Virus record (IMG/VR): IMGVR_UViG_3300025014_000002
DNA from: a virus
Reading direction: 5' to 3' (one strand)
Length of the DNA: 64,000 nt
The position numbers were made by a program, and so were the translations under genes. Shown piece by piece: positions 58,801 to 64,000 of this stretch. Under the pieces are notes generated by a model that ran no database searches, was not told the origin of the DNA, and was given only the letters and a program-made list of their open reading frames with translations. Position 1 is the first letter of the stretch. Every line of letters begins with the position of its first letter.

Positions 58801-61800
58801 AATGAATCTTTTTCGCATATTACGTTGGGACAAATGCGTAAGCATGTCTTAAAAATAGCAGAGAAGTCCCCTGAACTAGTTGGTGTTCCATTGGCAAGCA
58901 ATAACCTGCGAGATCTAGACATTAAATCTCGTGGTGGGAATATTTTGCAGCATAGTTCTCCGATGATTTACAGTTCATTATTCTTATTGAATGATGAAGT
59001 AAGTTTCATGGATAGTATACGTGCTGCACAGTTTGAATATTCAAAGTTTAAATATAAGTTCCTTGAAAATGCTGGAGAAATTGCAGCAAATCGCGGTAAT
59101 GTACCTGCAACTGTTGACGCTATTATGCTCAAAATAAATGCAGTTAACAATATTCAAATGCCATGGTACTACTCTGACATGGTGCCATATGACCAAAATA
59201 AGAAAGTTATCGAGTACACAGTGTTAGCAACTGAAATCTTGGAATACGAAATTCCGACGATATTTGATGACACAAAACTCAGTAATCAAGCAATATTAGT
59301 ATATGTAAACGGGATTCAGCTGATTAAAAATCATGACTATGAGTTTAGCAAAACTAGGCCGTCTATTGTGTTTAAACACTTGCTTGAATACGATGATGTT
59401 ATTAACATTGTAATTTATGCTAATACTGATGGTTGCTATGTCCCAGAAACTCCAACAAAACTAGGGCTATACCCCAAGTTTACTCCAGAGATATTTATTG
59501 ACGACACCTACCTTACCCCTATACAAGTAATTCGTGGGCATGATGGCAGCATAACTCCGGCATTTGGAGATGTTCGCGACGAGTTACTGCTTGAATTAGA
59601 GAAAAGAATATACAACAACATTAAAGCAACATATGACCCGTTAGTATTTGACATTAACAGCATTGTGCCAGAGCGATTCAGGAATACTGGATATATCAAA
59701 TCAGAATTTGACAATATTATTAGCAGTAGTTATACTCAATGGTTGGGGTCAAACCGTGTCGCTATAACTACAAATGACTGGTTTGATGAAAAAAACTTTT
59801 TCACTTGGAACTACTCTAGCAACCGTATTTTCAATGCTGATCTTAGACTAAACAATACTGTATTACCGGGATATTGGAGAGGTATATTTTTGTTCTTGTA
59901 TGGCACTGACGCCCCGCACACTAGGCCATGGGAATCACTTGGGTTCTCAGAAAAACCTGAATGGTGGGAAACATATTACGGAGTAGCCCCTTACACTGGC
60001 GGCAACTTGGTGCTATGGGGAGATCTAGAGCAAGGGTTGATTCGTGAAGGCCCACGCGCAGGCATTAACAAACTGTATGCAAGACCCGGCGTCACTAACA
60101 TTATTCCAGTCACTGATTCTGGGGAACTACGCTCACCAGTATCGTTTTTGACACATGTGCCTGACACTGGCACTGCAAAAGCTCCATTTAACATGGGTGA
60201 TGTTGGACCGATTGAATCTGCTTGGAGAAGAAGTAGTGACTATCCTTTCGCAGTGCAGCAAGCGATTGCGTTAATGCGTCCTAGTGTATATTTTGGAAGT
60301 TTGGCCAGCATACAAAAATATCGCCGCCACCCAGCAACTAATCAGTTTTTCATTGAAGATACAAAACAAAAAATAACACCATTGGATTTTGTTTTCAACG
60401 GTGAAAACATTGACGACACAATAATGCGCAATGCAGGATATACTAACTGGATTGTTGATTATGCTACTAGTCGTGGTGTTAATCCTAGTACGCTACTTCA
60501 CAAATATGTAGACAGAGTGTCAATCAATCTTGGCTATAAGGTAGCAGGATTCACTGATAAAAACTATTTGAAAATTTATGCTGAGCAAAGTAATCCAAAC
60601 AGTGCTAATAATTCAGTAGTAATACCTGATGAAAACTACAAGGTATATCTACATAAATCGTCACCAGTATCAGTCATTAACTATAGTGCGTTAGTTATAA
60701 CCTCTACTCCGGCTGGGTTTACTGTTTCGGGGTATAATGTATCTAACCCAATATTCAAGATTATACCAAGTAATACCGCATCGGCTAAACATACAGTAAC
60801 AGTTTTAAATTTAGCTGGCACAATTTATGAGGGATGGGAAGATGCAGTAGTAGATATTCCTTATGGACAAGAATTTAGAAATACACAACAAGTTGTTGAC
60901 TTCATTGTGAGTTATGGTAGATATTTGATATCACTTGGACTCCAGTTTAAAACATTTGATCAATCACTCGGTGAAGAACGAAATTGGGAGTTATCGGTCA
61001 AGGAATTTTTAACTTGGGCGCAGCAAGGATGGGGAAATGGTAGTTTACTGGTGCTATCACCATTATTGAATGAGTTTACGGTAATACACCCGGCTGCAGT
61101 AGTAGATAAGATTGAAAACTCTAGATTAGGATCTAAGATACTTGACGTTGGATTTAACTTTATCCCGCCTAAACAAAGTTCTATTGTGCGCAATGACGGG
61201 GTGTTTTCAATAACTACTCCTGCGGATCGAACCATTGGCCTAGTGTCGTTAGCATTAGTTCAGTATGAGCATGTGCTGATATTTGACAATCAAACTGAGT
61301 TTAAAGATATTATCTATGCACCTGCATTGGGAAATCGACAATATAGGCTAAAACTCATTGGCAATAAGACAGATAACTGGACAGGGCAACTAAGCCTTCC
61401 AGGATTTATGCATACCAATGCAGATATAGCTGGCTGGGAAGTATTTAGAGATTACAACAAGGGCGAGATTGTTCAATACAAAGGAAACATTTATACGGCC
61501 TTGGCTAAGATTCTTGCCAGCGATAACTTTGACTTTACAAAATGGAAGCAGGTGGATTCTACTTTTTTCAAATCTGGAATTATTCCAAATCTGGCATATG
61601 GTGCTGGTAGATTTGAAAACATGTATGACATTGATGGGCAGGTTCAAGATAACAACTTAAATTCACTAAGTGATGGCCTAATAGGAAATCAATCTAGAAG
61701 CTACCTAATAGATTTGGGTATTTCCCCAACATCTCAATCCAAATTCTATCAAGGATTTATTAAAGACAAAGGCACACATGCTGCTATTTCTGCTTTGGGC

Positions 61801-64000
61801 GATTTGTCAATAAATCATATCACTGGTAAAATTGCGGTAACTGAAGAATGGGCATTCCGTGTTGGAGAGTATGGTGCTCTTGAAAGCAACCAGTTCCTAG
61901 AAGTGCAGCTAGGCGAAGCATTGTTTAAACAAGATCCAGTAGCATTTAACTTGCAGAATCCAGGTGATGAGTTGCAATCTGAAAACTCTGTGACAATGTA
62001 CTATAACACATTGTATAAAAAGCCGCTAACTTTCAGACCAAACTTCCTAAATGATAGAGATGATTCGGTAAACTCAGAAAACGATTTCCCGTCAGCAGGG
62101 TATGTTCATTTAGATGACATAGATGCTACAATTTTTGATTTGTCAAACCCAGCCTTCATTGGCGACTTAGCCTCAAAAGTATACAGTGGATTCAAGATTT
62201 GGGTAGCTAAAAACTTAGACGGGGATTGGGATGTTTTGCGCGTGTCTGAATCTCAAATACATATTACCAATGCTGACTATAACTTAGATGGAATTGCTGA
62301 GTTTACAACAGATCTACCGCACAAGCTATCGGTTGGTGAAGTATTTGTTATTAAAAACTTCTCCGCTGATGTTGATAACTTTTACCGTGTATATCGCATC
62401 ACTAGTATGCATACTGTGTATGCTACGATTTCTTCAAGCCTTGAAGCAACAATGATTTCAACGCCAAATATGGAAGGATATGGAACTCTGTTTAATCTGT
62501 CAAGCATGCGTGTTGACGAGTTGATTGAAGTAGCTAATCTTACTCCGAAGTTTAGTTGGAAAGATGGTGACAAAGTATGGGCTGACAAAAATACAATCAA
62601 CGGATGGGCAGTGTACAACAAAACAAGCCCGTGGAAATATTCTTCAGACTTAAATGAGCTAGGAGTCGACAATAAACCAATTCCGTTGTCACTAAGTGAG
62701 CAGTATGGGTCTACTATTGCATCAAATGAAGATGGGTCTATCGTCATAGTTGGATCTCCTGGTCAAATTGGAAAATTACCTAGACCATTTATTAAAAACT
62801 ATTTGGGGCTTTATGAAATAAGTCCAGGCACTACTGATACTGAGCATTATAGAAGTGCGGATATATTTGGAAAAGCTATTGCCATTGGTGATAAGTCTAT
62901 TGCAATAAGTTCAGATAACTTAGAGTATTATTCTGCAACTACACAAAGTAGCATCCTTACTTATTTGCTTGGTGTCGAAGGTAGCGGTGTTCAAAAGAAT
63001 ACATTGTATGACACCGCAGGCATAAAAATTACTGGAGCAACATTAGTAAGCCCTGGGGTCAACTACACCTCTATACCTGAAATTGTCATTACACCGGGGT
63101 ATTATTATTCAGATAATGGGTCTGGATCGTATTACGTTGATTCTGGAAAAAACTTAGAAATAGAGATTGTTGGTGAGTTTGTTGATGCATCAACTGCGTT
63201 GTCAGCGGCGAACTTAGGATTTAATAGCAGCGGAGTAAGCGGTTATACGTGTCTAGATAACTTTACTGTCAATATTGCGGGGGGCGGTGGAACTGGCGCT
63301 CGTGCTGAGCTGATAACAGAAAGAGCTGTGCCGCTAACTGGCATTCCAGTGGATGACATAACTTTGACTGTACCTGATAATCTGTATGATACTGTACCAA
63401 CTGTATCTATTGCTGCACCAGAAGTTTCTGGCGGTATTCAAGCAACTGCATCGTTAACAGTAGTGGCAGTGCCAGAGTCGTTTGGATCAATAGAAATCAC
63501 CTTGACCTCGCTCGGCAGCAATTACACTCTTCCACCAGAAGTTGTCATCAGCGCACCAACAGATCCCTTAGGGATACAGGCTAACGCAGTTATTTTAGGA
63601 AATTATGTCTCGGCGGCAACAGGTTCAGTGACAGGTGTCACAATGGTCAATGCTGGGGATGGTTATCAAAAGCCACCATTTATAGTGTTTACTGGCGACG
63701 GCTCAGGGGCAGCCGCCCACGTCACTGGAACATTGGTTGGTGCTAAGTTAGCCTCGGTGGCGCTAACTGACGTAGGGCTGGGATACACTAGTAAGCCATA
63801 TGCTCAAATATTCGGTGCTTCGACAGACACATCTCGAGCATCTATTGAAGGCGCACTCAACCCAAGCACTGGGTTTTACGAAATATCAGGAATCACCCTT
63901 ACTGATCCGGGAGCAGGATACTTAGACACCCCAGTGATTGAAGTTTATGGTGGCGGCACGACGTTTGAAAATATTGCGTCAACTATCATTAAATCAGGGG
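55891..64000 (+). CDS. Very large baseplate/virion protein (>2700 aa, truncated by the window edge; gp7-like position)
   Basis: ATG at 55891 (MTTRTINFLPDVFKTPANQKFLNATLDQL); frame open at every point checked through 64000; missing from the ORF track, apparently because no stop is in the window. Confidence 0.8.
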   Translation, partial: MTTRTINFLPDVFKTPANQKFLNATLDQLVTEPQFKKLNGYIGRKFAPTFNKTDNYLPENSRNRTQYQLEPSVVVTDEIKNVKFFASYTDLLNKIYYYGGNISNHSRLFENEAYSYDGMIDFDKLINFNQYYWIPEGPAAIEIYTGAVNLFDDFVVTRNDRLGAYQISGFGSVENPTITLARGGTYTFQLNQPGSNFWIQTEPGLAGKQRYQRNISTRDVLGVDRNGADNGVVTFTVPQADAQDFFKRMPTLPLSESDRSLATNLTYDQIDSQLWSNIVAKFGGIDGITDASLLQNTPRIIFLQNLIEPTTWNDAGVYNRADYGVEKYDEGQDIPQSKQFDIWQINLEPTDDGDYIVNIDWNATFPVSNKIHITTGNENAGRDFYRKDLSTIELVPALTAEKDLLFFNDGTDQRFYGQIKLVNDTSSIIDVTDIIGKKQYSIKVGEKTLTLSNGMKIKFNAAVTPASYINNFYYVEGVGKSIRLVKTDLMQTPELDFKGITTIPFDIYGYSIDNFDQILNGPTNPDYITINRSSVDANAWSRSNRWFHQDIILQSAIFNNVDPDYNQALRATRPIIEFDPDLQLFNNGRIGGHAIDVVDFSITDALVYIEGTISTYFTDLKFSDGMTVIFANDKDPTVRNRIYKVRIVSVNDEVRVHLVKVGDISPYDVVTPRMGITLPLIPLLSTTPYEATYNHNNRQIDITAVGASNFKTISDISLDGVMSPTIGITLGHSFWFNGNTWTHAQQKTNINTMPLFDVVDENLVSFSDQTVYANTEFAGSPIFSYTLGSGVTDSVLGFPIAYRSIANTGDILFTNNVDADSFNYLSGITTTSIKLNTGFVPVIASRFQLNKKNVWVTEDQNTKQYQLFSNICDGVTSYYEIDITPTNLTNMPSVFLYINGTLIQERDSENNTQYEIVKVGDVSSGVPAVLTLYVKYPIVKDDRVDFLIYSTTSSNIGYYEIPENLELNALNESFSHITLGQMRKHVLKIAEKSPELVGVPLASNNLRDLDIKSRGGNILQHSSPMIYSSLFLLNDEVSFMDSIRAAQFEYSKFKYKFLENAGEIAANRGNVPATVDAIMLKINAVNNIQMPWYYSDMVPYDQNKKVIEYTVLATEILEYEIPTIFDDTKLSNQAILVYVNGIQLIKNHDYEFSKTRPSIVFKHLLEYDDVINIVIYANTDGCYVPETPTKLGLYPKFTPEIFIDDTYLTPIQVIRGHDGSITPAFGDVRDELLLELEKRIYNNIKATYDPLVFDINSIVPERFRNTGYIKSEFDNIISSSYTQWLGSNRVAITTNDWFDEKNFFTWNYSSNRIFNADLRLNNTVLPGYWRGIFLFLYGTDAPHTRPWESLGFSEKPEWWETYYGVAPYTGGNLVLWGDLEQGLIREGPRAGINKLYARPGVTNIIPVTDSGELRSPVSFLTHVPDTGTAKAPFNMGDVGPIESAWRRSSDYPFAVQQAIALMRPSVYFGSLASIQKYRRHPATNQFFIEDTKQKITPLDFVFNGENIDDTIMRNAGYTNWIVDYATSRGVNPSTLLHKYVDRVSINLGYKVAGFTDKNYLKIYAEQSNPNSANNSVVIPDENYKVYLHKSSPVSVINYSALVITSTPAGFTVSGYNVSNPIFKIIPSNTASAKHTVTVLNLAGTIYEGWEDAVVDIPYGQEFRNTQQVVDFIVSYGRYLISLGLQFKTFDQSLGEERNWELSVKEFLTWAQQGWGNGSLLVLSPLLNEFTVIHPAAVVDKIENSRLGSKILDVGFNFIPPKQSSIVRNDGVFSITTPADRTIGLVSLALVQYEHVLIFDNQTEFKDIIYAPALGNRQYRLKLIGNKTDNWTGQLSLPGFMHTNADIAGWEVFRDYNKGEIVQYKGNIYTALAKILASDNFDFTKWKQVDSTFFKSGIIPNLAYGAGRFENMYDIDGQVQDNNLNSLSDGLIGNQSRSYLIDLGISPTSQSKFYQGFIKDKGTHAAISALGDLSINHITGKIAVTEEWAFRVGEYGALESNQFLEVQLGEALFKQDPVAFNLQNPGDELQSENSVTMYYNTLYKKPLTFRPNFLNDRDDSVNSENDFPSAGYVHLDDIDATIFDLSNPAFIGDLASKVYSGFKIWVAKNLDGDWDVLRVSESQIHITNADYNLDGIAEFTTDLPHKLSVGEVFVIKNFSADVDNFYRVYRITSMHTVYATISSSLEATMISTPNMEGYGTLFNLSSMRVDELIEVANLTPKFSWKDGDKVWADKNTINGWAVYNKTSPWKYSSDLNELGVDNKPIPLSLSEQYGSTIASNEDGSIVIVGSPGQIGKLPRPFIKNYLGLYEISPGTTDTEHYRSADIFGKAIAIGDKSIAISSDNLEYYSATTQSSILTYLLGVEGSGVQKNTLYDTAGIKITGATLVSPGVNYTSIPEIVITPGYYYSDNGSGSYYVDSGKNLEIEIVGEFVDASTALSAANLGFNSSGVSGYTCLDNFTVNIAGGGGTGARAELITERAVPLTGIPVDDITLTVPDNLYDTVPTVSIAAPEVSGGIQATASLTVVAVPESFGSIEITLTSLGSNYTLPPEVVISAPTDPLGIQANAVILGNYVSAATGSVTGVTMVNAGDGYQKPPFIVFTGDGSGAAAHVTGTLVGAKLASVALTDVGLGYTSKPYAQIFGASTDTSRASIEGALNPSTGFYEISGITLTDPGAGYLDTPVIEVYGGGTTFENIASTIIKSG

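Noticed and set aside
1-64000. Stop-codon reassignment
   Set aside because: Core genes are full length in the standard code, and TAA, TGA and TAG all end genes at the expected positions

Overview
This is a 64 kb segment of a large T4-like myovirus genome, read by eye in standard genetic code. No tRNA, rRNA or CRISPR array was seen. In order it holds: a minus-strand cluster of paralogous low-complexity fibre/adhesin genes (0.1-21 kb); a head module (major capsid, scaffold, prohead protease, intein-containing portal) with free-standing homing endonucleases; a tape-measure-like gene facing away from a chaperone-like gene pair with a -1 slippery site; a recombination/late-transcription block (resolvase, gp46, gp47, gp55 sigma); and a plus-strand baseplate operon ending in a >2700 aa ORF that runs off the window. 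Four observations stand out. (1) An intact TnpB (51290-52525) has a 252 bp ORF-less sibling 13.7 kb away (38651-38902). The two share the left end and a 152 bp, 90%-identical omega-RNA-like right end with a compensatory base pair, but have different downstream guides. Both sit directly behind an ATAAATA late-promoter motif. (2) A roughly 740 nt ORF-free, helix-dense region with a 9 bp end-to-end stem (37905-38640) is a candidate large structured ncRNA. (3) An HNH endonuclease ends in a synonymously recoded copy of the capsid C-terminus (NLSFQ*), with a duplicated terminator. (4) A candidate G/GT-type -1 frameshift lies at 37278-37284. Functional labels come from motif recognition, not database searches.
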